A stretch of 64,000 bases of DNA from a virus (lineage: Duplodnaviria; Caudoviricetes), in IMG/VR virus record IMGVR_UViG_3300034061_006011; one strand, 5' to 3'. The translations under genes were made by a program, and so were the position numbers. The notes beneath the pieces are model-generated. The model was not told where the DNA came from. It made no database searches and worked only from the letters and a program-made list of their open reading frames with translations. Position 1 is the first letter of the stretch. Each line of letters begins with the position of its first letter. Shown here one piece after another: positions 38,062 through 48,050 of this stretch.

Positions 38062-38071
38062 AGTTTTTTCC

Positions 38072-38575
38072 TCAATAGCTTAATAGTCTCTTATATCTAT
38101 CTACATCGCTGCGACTTTTTTCTATTTGTTTTTCATAAAAAACTTCTAACCACTTCCTAGTAACTGGATCTTCTTCTTTTTCAATTTCACTAATTCTAGT
38201 CACATAATTCTCTACAACTTCTTCTTCCATATGTAATGCATATTTCAAAGCATACTCAGTATTAAGATTAACATCAAATGGTTCAAAACCTTTTGCGTCA
38301 TTATCAAGTAAAGTACCGCCAACACCAACAATCATATCTTGAAATTCCTTTACATGCTTCATTTCTTCAGCAGCTTCTTCCGTGAAAATTTCTTCAACTT
38401 CTATTGAATCTAATCCTTGTACTGTACTTGCATTGGTCAAATAAAACATCATATGTTTGCGCTCATTACGCAAATCCATATACAATTTTTTCAAAAGCTC
38501 TTTGCTAACAGCTGGCATATTAAATCCCTCCATAAACATAAAATAGTATTGGAAAATAATCTTAAGATAAGGCAA
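38072..38575 (-). CDS. Ferritin/bacterioferritin-like protein
   Basis: E..HMMFY, EEMKH, E...VENY four-helix diiron pattern. Confidence 0.8.
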   Translation of the reverse strand: MPYLKIIFQYYFMFMEGFNMPAVSKELLKKLYMDLRNERKHMMFYLTNASTVQGLDSIEVEEIFTEEAAEEMKHVKEFQDMIVGVGGTLLDNDAKGFEPFDVNLNTEYALKYALHMEEEVVENYVTRISEIEKEEDPVTRKWLEVFYEKQIEKSRSDVDRYKRLLSY

Positions 38576-38605
38576 TTTTCAAAAAATGACTATATATTTA
38601 TATAG

Positions 38606-40372
38606 ATGGATAATTGGAAGAAAAAATACAAGTCTTTAAAAGACTACTATTTAAATCAATATGACTCAGAATTCTATTCAATAGATAACTATCAATTGGA
38701 AATTGATCCAAATGAAACTATTGATGATGTTTCTGCTTATAATCAACAAAGACAAGAAGAAGAAACATATAAATGCATGCAATCTTTTTCTTATTTTTGC
38801 CATAAATATATCAGAATTTTGCATCCAACAAAAGGCTTAGTGCCATTTATAATTTTCAAATACCAGCAAAGAGTAATTGATGATTATGAAAACCATAGAT
38901 TTAATATTATCTCAAAATTCCGTCAGGGTGGTTTAACAACAGTAACATTGCTTCACGGACTTTATAAAGCATTATTCACACTCGATTTTTCAATGATGCT
39001 TATATCAAAGTCTGACCGTGAAGCTGTAGAAGCTGGATACATCGTCGATAGAGCTATTGAACATTTACCAGAATGGCTTAAACCTAAAAAAGATGGTAAG
39101 TGGAATGACCACCTTAAACAAATTACTGAAACAGGTGGTAGCCTTAGATTTTATTCGCCAGAAGCCGCCCGTGGAAAGTCTGTGGCATTCATTTGTATAG
39201 ATGAAGCAGCATTCTTACCTAATATGGAAACGGACTGGAGAGCTTTGTATCCAGTTCTTTCAACAGGTGGTAAATGTTCAATTATTTCTACAGTCAACGG
39301 TACAGGTAACTATTATTACGAATTATATACAGGAGCAAAAGAAGGTAGAAACAAATTTAATATTATTGATATTGACTATCACGAACATCCTTTCTATAAT
39401 TCGAAAGTAAATCCAGAATGGGCAGATGAACAAAGAGCACAGCTTGGCGAAAAAGGTTTCTTACAGGAAATTCTTAGAGTATTCCTTGGATCTGGTGACA
39501 CATATATTCCCGGTAAAGAATTAGCAAGACTTGATGAAGAAGTAAAAAATGGTTTTCCTAAAAGGAAACTTTTTGCAAAATATCAAAATAAAACTAAAAA
39601 CGATGATCCAGATATGAAAGAAGAAAATAAAGGAGCATTGTGGATTTGGAAAGAACCAGCACCAGCAAAAGAATATATATTCGGTATAGATTGCTCAGAA
39701 GGAGTAATGGCTGATAACTCTTGTATTCAAATTGTAGATACAGAATCAAGAGAACAAGTTGCTGAATTTTATTCCAACAACATAACACCTTATGAATTTG
39801 CACAAGTAGTTTATGAATTGGCAATTTTATATAACAATGCTTTGCTAGTGATAGAAGATATGGCTGCTGGCATGTCAGTAATTAACACTTTGCAAAATGA
39901 GCTTTATTATGATAATTTTTATTATCACAATCCAGATTCAAGAAATGCTAGAATTGGAATTAAAACAACTGTCTCTACAAGACCGTTGATATTGACAAGC
40001 TTTCAAACAGCAATTTTGCAAAAATCATTAAAAGTAAATTCTGTAAGACTATTGCATGAAATGAAAACATTTGAATACAATAATACAACTAAAAAACCAG
40101 AAGCTCATAAAGGTAAACATGATGATGCAATTATGGCTTTGGCTTTATGTTTGTATGTCCTGTCAACTCAAAACAAATCTCAACCAGCAGGATATGATGG
40201 TAAAAAAGCTAAAGCATCAATACTGCTAGAAGATATAAAAAAAGAAATCAGCGAAAATATGAAAGCGAATTTTAAGTCAAAATTTAAACCAAAAGAAGAT
40301 AATAAAGATTATTCAGAAATGATTGCACTATATCGACCAAAAAATACACTCTTAAATGAGTTTGGGTGGTGA
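38606..40372 (+). CDS. gp17: Terminase large subunit (gp17-like)
   Basis: KFRQGG.TT, ICIDEAAF, ISTVNG, FGIDCSEG, HDDAIMA. Confidence 0.95.
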   Translation: MDNWKKKYKSLKDYYLNQYDSEFYSIDNYQLEIDPNETIDDVSAYNQQRQEEETYKCMQSFSYFCHKYIRILHPTKGLVPFIIFKYQQRVIDDYENHRFNIISKFRQGGLTTVTLLHGLYKALFTLDFSMMLISKSDREAVEAGYIVDRAIEHLPEWLKPKKDGKWNDHLKQITETGGSLRFYSPEAARGKSVAFICIDEAAFLPNMETDWRALYPVLSTGGKCSIISTVNGTGNYYYELYTGAKEGRNKFNIIDIDYHEHPFYNSKVNPEWADEQRAQLGEKGFLQEILRVFLGSGDTYIPGKELARLDEEVKNGFPKRKLFAKYQNKTKNDDPDMKEENKGALWIWKEPAPAKEYIFGIDCSEGVMADNSCIQIVDTESREQVAEFYSNNITPYEFAQVVYELAILYNNALLVIEDMAAGMSVINTLQNELYYDNFYYHNPDSRNARIGIKTTVSTRPLILTSFQTAILQKSLKVNSVRLLHEMKTFEYNNTTKKPEAHKGKHDDAIMALALCLYVLSTQNKSQPAGYDGKKAKASILLEDIKKEISENMKANFKSKFKPKEDNKDYSEMIALYRPKNTLLNEFGW

Positions 40373-40381
40373 GAAAAATAT

Positions 40382-40410
40382 TTGACATATTTTTTTGTTC
40401 ATGCTAGAAT
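40382..40410 (+). promoter_or_regulatory. Sigma70 promoter, probably giving a leaderless transcript
   Basis: TTGACA-17-TAGAAT with TG extension, 6 nt before ATG 40417. Confidence 0.75.
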
Positions 40411-40416
40411 ATCATC

Positions 40417-41121
40417 ATGAGAACCAATCATATAAAACGTGGCACTGTTCGTGAAGACGGTAAAGTATTTTGGGTTTACCGAAAAGGTAAAGAAGTTTGG
40501 GCAACAAAAGAACAATATGACAAAAGAGAGAATACAAGAAAAGCATATGTTCGTATGTGCCAACAAGAATATAGAAAATCACAAGCGAAAAAATTACCAC
40601 ATGAAAGAAATTATCTCGGTAAATATGATTGTTCCAAAAATTTATACTTCATTAGTATTTCTACCGCAGGTAAAGAAGTATGGGGAACCAAATTCCAACT
40701 TGAAAAACATAGAAAAAGACTGAACGATAGAAGAAAGGACATGACCAAAAGACTTAAAGAACTTCAAACTAATCTTAAATTTGGTGATCCCAATCCAAAT
40801 AACCCAAAAGAATTTGTTTGCTTCTTTATTGGTAAAAAACCATATTTTGGATCTGCCAAAAGATTGGAAGAAAGGAAAAAAAGCAGAGCAATATCTTACA
40901 GGAAATTAGACATGTTTTATAGAACGAAAAGAAAACTTGTATTGCAGTCTTTGGAAAAAAGAATTCGTAGAGGAACTGTTAATGAAGAAACAGGTTTGGT
41001 ATTCTGGGAATATAATGAAGCAGGTAAAGAAAAATGGTTTTCAAAAGAAGAATTTAAATTAAGACATGAAAAAGAAAAAGTAAGAAGAAATAAATATAGA
41101 AAGAAATCAGTAGACGCTTAA
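40417..41121 (+). CDS. Basic protein with 3-4 repeats of an aromatic G-x-x-FW-x-Y..GKE-x-W module
   Basis: DGKVFWVYRKGKEVW, NLYFISISTAGKEVW, TGLVFWEYNEAGKEKW. Confidence 0.65.
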   Translation: MRTNHIKRGTVREDGKVFWVYRKGKEVWATKEQYDKRENTRKAYVRMCQQEYRKSQAKKLPHERNYLGKYDCSKNLYFISISTAGKEVWGTKFQLEKHRKRLNDRRKDMTKRLKELQTNLKFGDPNPNNPKEFVCFFIGKKPYFGSAKRLEERKKSRAISYRKLDMFYRTKRKLVLQSLEKRIRRGTVNEETGLVFWEYNEAGKEKWFSKEEFKLRHEKEKVRRNKYRKKSVDA

Positions 41122-41167
41122 TCCTCGACCTTGTGTAAAGAAAGCCGAGGATTCAGCTTATAAACAT

Positions 41168-41593
41168 TTATCCAAAATATCCTTTATTTTTCAAGTTATC
41201 AATGATAATATCCAGATTTGGGACAAGATTTAATTTTTTGCAATCTTCATAATCACACCATTCGTATTTATCATGTTCAAAATTCAATCTTATTTTTGGA
41301 TTATCTACAACTGTTGCATGGACAAAATTAACATAATCATCTTCAACTCTTGTTTGAACCTTTTTTAATTCATATGGAGGAATATCAAGTCCTATTTCTT
41401 CTATCATTTCTCTTGATGCAGCATCTTCTGGAGTTTCTCCCTCTTCAACACCACCACCAGTAAGACAATAATATAAAGGCATCCATGGAGCAGTACTGCT
41501 TCTTCTTAACAATAATAATTTATTATTGTTAAAAACCGCTACTGTCGCAGACTTGGGCAATCTTCCTTTTAAAAAATCCTGAAAACTTTTCAT
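41168..41593 (-). CDS. Nudix hydrolase with CTS-like start
   Basis: Perfect Nudix box GGVEEGETPEDAASREMIEEIGL; starts MKSFQDFL. Confidence 0.92.
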   Translation of the reverse strand: MKSFQDFLKGRLPKSATVAVFNNNKLLLLRRSSTAPWMPLYYCLTGGGVEEGETPEDAASREMIEEIGLDIPPYELKKVQTRVEDDYVNFVHATVVDNPKIRLNFEHDKYEWCDYEDCKKLNLVPNLDIIIDNLKNKGYFG

Positions 41594-41708
41594 TTTTTTT
41601 CCTCTTTATTAACTTCATTTTTAACTTCTTTTTTAATCTTCCTGCTTTTACTTTTTGTTTTTGATTTTTTTGAAGGTCTTCCACAACACATTTTTGACTC
41701 CTATCTTA

Positions 41709-42353
41709 TTACGAGGATATGATTTTCTTCATTATCAAACAATCACCATTAACAATATCTTCTTTTTGACAATATTGAAGAAGAAAATTAATTGCTTTTC
41801 TTGTAGTAACATGTGAATCAACTTCATGCCAATGTATGTCATCAAAAAATATATAACCTCCAATTTTTACTTTTGAGAAATACAATGTTGCATCTTTATA
41901 AGCTAATAATTCTGAATGATTCCCATCAATATGCAATAAATCAATACTATCATCCTCAAATTGATTATAAACATTTTCTGCTTTATCTTTAATGATTTTG
42001 CTTACACCTTTGATATCAAATTTTTCTAAGTTAGCAAGAAAGTGTCTGTATACATAATCGATATCTAACTTGCTCCACCAATCAACATTTGCTTCATCTT
42101 GCATTTCTTCTAAAGCTGATTCATTAGACCAAGGATCAATACCTACTATTTCTCCTTTACCGTTTTCTTTAATTGCAAGAGCTTGTGGAATAAAAGAAGA
42201 ACCACCGAAAACGCCAATCTCTACGCACAAATCGGGTTTAATATCAGCTATGCAGTTGACAAGTTTAGTAGCTTTTTCTAAGCTACACCATCCCTCAATA
42301 GATTTTAAATTTTCCTGTACAATATCAATTACATTTTGCATTACCATCTCCAT
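41709..42353 (-). CDS. Class I SAM methyltransferase (Methyltransf_24-like)
   Basis: VEIGVFGGSS, GIDPW, IDLLHIDGNH, GGYIFFDD. Confidence 0.88.
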   Translation of the reverse strand: MEMVMQNVIDIVQENLKSIEGWCSLEKATKLVNCIADIKPDLCVEIGVFGGSSFIPQALAIKENGKGEIVGIDPWSNESALEEMQDEANVDWWSKLDIDYVYRHFLANLEKFDIKGVSKIIKDKAENVYNQFEDDSIDLLHIDGNHSELLAYKDATLYFSKVKIGGYIFFDDIHWHEVDSHVTTRKAINFLLQYCQKEDIVNGDCLIMKKIISS

Positions 42354-43405
42354 TCTTTGTTGTTTCTTAGTTGATCTCTTTCTTGTTTTAAATCAAAATT
42401 AGGAGTTCCTAACCATACATTTAACTTTTCACGATTAGATTCACTGAAAATATCAAAGTTTCTATATTTCAATGTTTCTCTTCTTATAATTTCTAAATGC
42501 TTGTCTGTAATTTTGTTGGAATTAGCTCGCATTTCATACAATTCTCTTCCACATATCAACATTCCATAATTTTCTATAGCAATAAAATTGTCAATTTTCT
42601 TTTTCATCTTAGTCACATCTTCACAATTTTGTTTTTGACAATCTTCTCCAACTTCCCAATTGGTTTTCTCTTTGTAATCTGTATAACTTGTGTGATCCAA
42701 AATATAAAGAAATCCATTTTCATCTAAAGTAAAATTAACTCCTAATTGAACTAGCCTATCACCAAAATCACAATCCTCTAAACTTTTGCAACCATCCATC
42801 TTCTCATTATAGCCATTTATAATCAAAGCATCTTTCAAGCTAAAACTAGTACCAGCAAAAGCCCAACTACCATTTCTATGATTATAAACAGCTTGAGATA
42901 GATTTTTTAACCTGTGATCATTGATGTAAATTTTACCACTTATAGGAAAATTAATTACTCCGTTAGAAGTATTTATGTTTTCCAATCTTTTGTGCATTCC
43001 GAGCATGAAATGCCCATTTTTATAATGATTCCAATATATTTGTAATAAATCATCAGGGAAAAACTCAGCATCATCGCAACTTATTACCAACTCACCATCA
43101 GCATACAATATCCCAGTATTCTTTGCGGCAGAAATATAGACATATCCTTTATCATACCAATATCTATGATTTGGATGTATGGGAACATGCTTGACAATAA
43201 AAGGTAATGTTGGAATAATTTTACTGAATTTTTCTTTGTTATCTTCATAAAATGTATCAACATAAATGAATTCAAATTCCTTTAATGTTTGTCTTTTTAA
43301 ATTTTCAACAACAGAAAAAAAATAACTATCTATTCCTTGACTTTCTAAAAAATTATCACAAGATGCCGTGTGTATTATAAAAGATATTTTGTGTACATAA
43401 TGCAT
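42341..43405 (-). CDS. GT2-like glycosyltransferase
   Basis: FEFIYVD, AAKNTG, VISCDDAEFF, GYNE..DG..LEDCDFG.RL. Confidence 0.75.
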   Translation of the reverse strand: MHYVHKISFIIHTASCDNFLESQGIDSYFFSVVENLKRQTLKEFEFIYVDTFYEDNKEKFSKIIPTLPFIVKHVPIHPNHRYWYDKGYVYISAAKNTGILYADGELVISCDDAEFFPDDLLQIYWNHYKNGHFMLGMHKRLENINTSNGVINFPISGKIYINDHRLKNLSQAVYNHRNGSWAFAGTSFSLKDALIINGYNEKMDGCKSLEDCDFGDRLVQLGVNFTLDENGFLYILDHTSYTDYKEKTNWEVGEDCQKQNCEDVTKMKKKIDNFIAIENYGMLICGRELYEMRANSNKITDKHLEIIRRETLKYRNFDIFSESNREKLNVWLGTPNFDLKQERDQLRNNKEWRW

Positions 43406-43552
43406 AATTAATCCTCACATTAATTTAGTTATAATCACAATAATGATTTAAAATCTTTATTGGGTTTTTTCCAGTTTTTTCTTAGTTCGTTTCTCTCTTG
43501 GTTCAAAAATATATTCTACACATTTTTCCTTCCTATCTTAATATATTAAGCT

Positions 43553-44215
43553 GTGAATCTATTAATTTCAACAATGCCCAGATCAGGCAGTACATTACTA
43601 TTTAATCTCTGCCGAATATTATTTGAAGAAGAATACGGCAAAGATAAGACTTATGCCACTTGGACTCAATTTTTCAAAGAGAATCAACAAAAAAAATATA
43701 ATATTATAAAAAATCATGATAGAGTGCAAAAGCTAATTGATTGGGCTGATTTAATCATCACAAGCGTAAGAGACCCAAGATACGTTATCGCAAGCTATTC
43801 TGATTTTAATCCAAAATTTAATGTCAATTCAGAATCACAAATCAAAAGCGTTTGCTCGTCTTATATAAAAACATTTGAAATCATGAAACCTCTATCAGAT
43901 TATACTTTCAGATATGAAAGCTACTTTAACGACAAAACAAAAATAATAAAAGAAATAATGAATGTTTTAGGAATAAATGAATCAAAAATAGATATAAATA
44001 AAATAATAAAAAATTTAGATGCAATTAAAAATACAAAATACGAAAAGCTTGATCGCACTGTCACACAAATGCATCCAAACCATATAAGCCCTAAAGCAAA
44101 TAAAACAATACATGAAAGATTAACCAAAGAACAAATAAGATTTATTGAATCTAATTTTTCTAAATTTATGCTTGATCATGGATACAAACCAGTCAACTTT
44201 ATAAAAATGTTATGA
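43553..44215 (+). CDS. Sulfotransferase-family protein
   Basis: MPRSGSTLL (5'-PSB loop), SVRDPR..IAS, FRYE. Confidence 0.8.
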   Translation: MNLLISTMPRSGSTLLFNLCRILFEEEYGKDKTYATWTQFFKENQQKKYNIIKNHDRVQKLIDWADLIITSVRDPRYVIASYSDFNPKFNVNSESQIKSVCSSYIKTFEIMKPLSDYTFRYESYFNDKTKIIKEIMNVLGINESKIDINKIIKNLDAIKNTKYEKLDRTVTQMHPNHISPKANKTIHERLTKEQIRFIESNFSKFMLDHGYKPVNFIKML

Positions 44216-44221
44216 GGAAAT

Positions 44222-44821
44222 ATGCATCTCGAAGGAAAAGAATTGTGCGGAAAAAATGTTTATTGTTTTGAAAAAGATAATAAAATTATAATGCATCACT
44301 TCAATAAAAAAGTCGCAGAATTACAATTTAACAATTCAGAAAATGTTACACATATAAAAATATATAAAAAAAGATATGTTAAAAACATTTTGCTATTCAT
44401 TGATCTTAAAAAGAATTTAACATTTGATGACATCATTGGTCTACCTATAGAATTTAAAAATGTTGACCAACTGAAAGAAAGATTGCCCTTAAATAAAATT
44501 CTTTACTACGGAACAATATTAAATTCCTTGACATTGGTAAAATATGCTGTTGACAGAGAAGTAGAAATGGATCATAATACTTTTGTTCATGCGGCGAAAC
44601 ACAGCAAATTTTCTCTGTTGTTTCACTTGAGGAATAATGTTTCATTCCCAGAAGAAGGAATGATTGCAGCTTTAGAGCACAAAAATTATGCAACAATTAA
44701 ATTATTATGTAAGAAAATAAAGTCAGTAGAAAAATATATAGAATTAATTAGCACCAAAGAAGATCACAAAAAAATAAAAGAAATGTTGATCAAAGAGTTG
44801 GCAACAAGATACAAAAGGTGA
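44222..44821 (+). CDS. Hypothetical protein with ankyrin-like C-terminal repeats
   Basis: LVKYAV.., AAKHSKFSLLFHL, AALEHKNYATIKLL. Confidence 0.45.
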   Translation: MHLEGKELCGKNVYCFEKDNKIIMHHFNKKVAELQFNNSENVTHIKIYKKRYVKNILLFIDLKKNLTFDDIIGLPIEFKNVDQLKERLPLNKILYYGTILNSLTLVKYAVDREVEMDHNTFVHAAKHSKFSLLFHLRNNVSFPEEGMIAALEHKNYATIKLLCKKIKSVEKYIELISTKEDHKKIKEMLIKELATRYKR

Positions 44822-44824
44822 ATC

Positions 44825-45316
44825 ATGAATCTCTTTCTTGAAGTTTCTTTATCAGATCTTTATAACAGCACAGACACTCACTTTCCTGAAAAGATTGTTA
44901 GATCTACTTCAGTTGAAATCGGTGATATTACATTCAACTTTTTACCACCAAGTACACTTCTAATTAGATCTGATGCACACGGAGAAGGCGTTTATCCTCT
45001 CACAATTCTTTTAAATAATGTAAAAAAAGGCAGAACAACAATAGAAACTGTAACCGGACCTGTTAAAATAGCCAAAATTAATCCAAGAAATGGCAATGCA
45101 CAAGTCTTCTGTGGTTGTACCAACTTTGCCTATACATGCAATAGACAAAATGATGCCGTCAATTCACTGTACGATAGTTCCAGAAACTTGCGCCCACCAT
45201 ACATAAAAACCACAAATAGAGCCTTCCTTAATGAAGGCAATCATCCCGGTTTATGCAAACATTTAATTAAATTAGTTCAAGAATTAAAAAACATGGGAGT
45301 ATTAACAAAACTATGA
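44825..45316 (+). CDS. SWIM-type Zn finger protein
   Basis: FCGCTNF...LCKHL. Confidence 0.65.
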   Translation: MNLFLEVSLSDLYNSTDTHFPEKIVRSTSVEIGDITFNFLPPSTLLIRSDAHGEGVYPLTILLNNVKKGRTTIETVTGPVKIAKINPRNGNAQVFCGCTNFAYTCNRQNDAVNSLYDSSRNLRPPYIKTTNRAFLNEGNHPGLCKHLIKLVQELKNMGVLTKL

Positions 45317-45337
45317 TAAATGTAAACAAACCTTATC

Positions 45338-46435
45338 TTACAAATCTACTGAGACCATAGTGTTAAGTAAATCTTGTAGTTTATATTCAGCAATTTTAAC
45401 TACAGAATCATTGTCGCCATAACTTATTATAATTTTATCTTTTTTTCTTACCATTCCAATAGGGAATATACAAGCAATTTCATTTTGTTTTCTAAAAGGC
45501 GTTTCACATGCTGCATCTGCTGGCAAATAAGTTCTATTAGCACATTTTAAAACATTAAATGGAGGCTCACCAGAAAACAAATAAACTCCATTGTCATAGT
45601 GATGTTTGTGACTATGAATCATTGATGTATGAAAAGTGCCAAGATAATTACCATCATCTAATCTAACAGCATTAGTATTTCCTCTCAAATGAGCATCTAT
45701 CTTCCATGGAGATACCCAAGAACTTTCAAAAACTTTCTTGCATTTAAAGTTGTTATCTAATTCATAAATCCCATGAGGACAAACAGAGTTTATAATATAT
45801 ATTTTACCATTATGATCAAAAGGCATCCAATTTTTCTGCCTTGAATTCATATGAGCAGGACTTATTCTAAAAGATGTATCTTCAATAAATTTACCAGAAG
45901 ATCTGTTATCCATTATAACAGTTCCTCTCATGTATTCTGTTTCATACTTGTCGTTTTCAATATAAGAATAAATCATCAACAACTGATTATCTTTAGTCCA
46001 AATTAATCTTGGATCAGCACATTTGTTTATATTAAATTTATGATAAGACTTTTCAACCACCTTGTAATTTTTGTCTAATATACAACCGACAAACTTTAGT
46101 TCATTTGGGCGGTATACACAAACATAATGATCATCATCTAATTCGACTAAACCAGCATTGAATGAACCTTTTTCTGGGATATCAATCTTGATAAATTTTG
46201 CATTTACAGTTGTTAAAAAGTCTTTATCTGGTCTAGGTTTCTCAGGAACAATATTATTTTTATTTCTTCCACCAATAGATTTTACAATTTTTTGTCCACT
46301 GCCTAAAGAAGAAGAAGCTAGTAAATTATTTTTGATTCTACTAGCCATGTCTCCCTCATTTATTATTTTGTTTAAACTGTTAAGATTAATTACAGCAGCT
46401 CTTCTTCTTGATGCTACATCTTTTTTTTTGTCCAT
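45338..46435 (-). CDS. Five-bladed beta-propeller glycosidase-like protein (GH130/GH43-like)
   Basis: DPRL, QKNWMPF, RGNT, IFPIGM..IIISYGDND. Confidence 0.7.
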   Translation of the reverse strand: MDKKKDVASRRRAAVINLNSLNKIINEGDMASRIKNNLLASSSLGSGQKIVKSIGGRNKNNIVPEKPRPDKDFLTTVNAKFIKIDIPEKGSFNAGLVELDDDHYVCVYRPNELKFVGCILDKNYKVVEKSYHKFNINKCADPRLIWTKDNQLLMIYSYIENDKYETEYMRGTVIMDNRSSGKFIEDTSFRISPAHMNSRQKNWMPFDHNGKIYIINSVCPHGIYELDNNFKCKKVFESSWVSPWKIDAHLRGNTNAVRLDDGNYLGTFHTSMIHSHKHHYDNGVYLFSGEPPFNVLKCANRTYLPADAACETPFRKQNEIACIFPIGMVRKKDKIIISYGDNDSVVKIAEYKLQDLLNTMVSVDL

Positions 46436-46532
46436 ATAAACCTATCCTTATACTATAATAGTTATTATATTCAATAGTAATTTTTAGGTTTAACCAATAA
46501 ACATCATAAATTAAAGACGAGCTTTTATAATT

Positions 46533-47348
46533 TTAATCCTCTATTACTTTTCCTCGACAATATTCCAATGATTTTTTTATTTCTTTTTCTATTTTGGTAA
46601 AAGCAATATTAACTGTTTTCTCAACAATATTTTCAGTATGGTTAATAGGAGAATTTTCATTACAAAACTTAGTCAATTTTTTGAAATCAGGACGTTTTAA
46701 TTTACCACCACCATATAAATAAGATACAAAAATTTCATATGCCAATTCGTCGGCATCTTGTACAGTTTTATTTTCCACAGTTGATTTTGCAGATGCAAAA
46801 TTAAACAATAAAGGCAATATTTTGTTTGGTTTAAATTCTACTGAAGGAAATTCATTGTTGTCATAGAATTTATTCACTGTTGTAAAAGGTATTTTGCCAA
46901 ATGTCAGATGTGTAACTAAATTGAAAACAGCCATCTTAATTGTATCTTTAGAAGACGAATTTCCCATTTCAAACACTGCATGACCCATATTGTGCAAAAT
47001 CATCCAAGGAGTTAGTAAATCTCCTTGTGATGATTTCTTAAGAAAAACTATATCCTCTTTTGGAATTTTATCAAAAAAGTATTTTTGAATATCTATGTCA
47101 TCTCTGTTATATTCACCAAAGTATATATGAAAATTAAAGCCTTTGACTCTTGCCAATACTGTGTCTAAAACAGATATTATGCCACCACGAAGCTTGCTAC
47201 GACTACTAATAACAAGCGGTCTTTTATACATGCCAGAAATATATTCAGTATCTTTTTCATTAAGAGATGGCTTAAATTCATCTCCATGTGGCATCGTAAA
47301 GCCACCATGACTCGATAAAGCTTCCAAAAATTGATAAAAACTTTTCAT
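46533..47348 (-). CDS. CTS-tagged protein, zincin-like HxxxH; paralog of 58550..59713
   Basis: MKSFYQFLE; LTPWMILHNMGH; ends CRGKVIED. Confidence 0.7.
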   Translation of the reverse strand: MKSFYQFLEALSSHGGFTMPHGDEFKPSLNEKDTEYISGMYKRPLVISSRSKLRGGIISVLDTVLARVKGFNFHIYFGEYNRDDIDIQKYFFDKIPKEDIVFLKKSSQGDLLTPWMILHNMGHAVFEMGNSSSKDTIKMAVFNLVTHLTFGKIPFTTVNKFYDNNEFPSVEFKPNKILPLLFNFASAKSTVENKTVQDADELAYEIFVSYLYGGGKLKRPDFKKLTKFCNENSPINHTENIVEKTVNIAFTKIEKEIKKSLEYCRGKVIED

Positions 47349-47430
47349 TGTACCTATATAGAAAAACCCCGGCGAAATATTTTAACTTCTCTACTAGCAA
47401 TTTATTTAAAATTATCACTAAATATACACT

Positions 47431-47997
47431 ATGAATACTTTCAAACAATTTCTAGAATCTAGAAACGATGAACTAAGAAAAGCATTAGAAGACATTACAG
47501 CCAATTTCGCTAAATATGGATCGCCAGTTCCTCCACAACCAATCGATACAGATCCAGATCTCCTAAAATGGGAACCAGAACTATTAGAATTTAACCCAGA
47601 ATTAGTTAAATGGACTCACGAACTACTCCATAAACGCAAAGATCAAAACCAAACAGCAAAAGAATTTAAAAAATGGATCGAAATGAGAACCAGAGCTGAA
47701 ATGAGAACCAAAGCATCAGCACCACCTCCTCAACCAAAACCACCATTGCCACCAATAGAAGACTTTATCAAAGAATATAAGCCAAAAAGACATCCCGAAA
47801 AAGACTACGGAGGATATAACGATGGAATGAAATACACTGTAGTATCTACATCAAAATCTGTACCACATGAATTAAGACAACTAATAGCAAGATCACTAGG
47901 AGAAGAATGGTCATACCGTCAAGAAGTTGATAGAAAACCTTCAGATAACAAAAGAAGACACTATTACCTCGTTTATTGCCCAAGCCTAAGCTTGTAA
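47431..47997 (+). CDS. CTS-tagged hypothetical protein
   Basis: TAAATA then MNTFKQFLE. Confidence 0.7.
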   Translation: MNTFKQFLESRNDELRKALEDITANFAKYGSPVPPQPIDTDPDLLKWEPELLEFNPELVKWTHELLHKRKDQNQTAKEFKKWIEMRTRAEMRTKASAPPPQPKPPLPPIEDFIKEYKPKRHPEKDYGGYNDGMKYTVVSTSKSVPHELRQLIARSLGEEWSYRQEVDRKPSDNKRRHYYLVYCPSLSL

Positions 47998-48050
47998 AAT
48001 AAATTGACATAAATACTAATTTATAATATAAAAATAGAGGCAACTATGTC

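Noticed and set aside
38606-40372. Intein or intron in the terminase
   Set aside because: 588 aa, motifs in normal order and spacing, no C...HN splice blocks
41537-41690. Basic 53-aa ORF MCCGRPSK... overlapping the Nudix start
   Set aside because: Short, low-complexity and overlapping; cannot be supported without expression data
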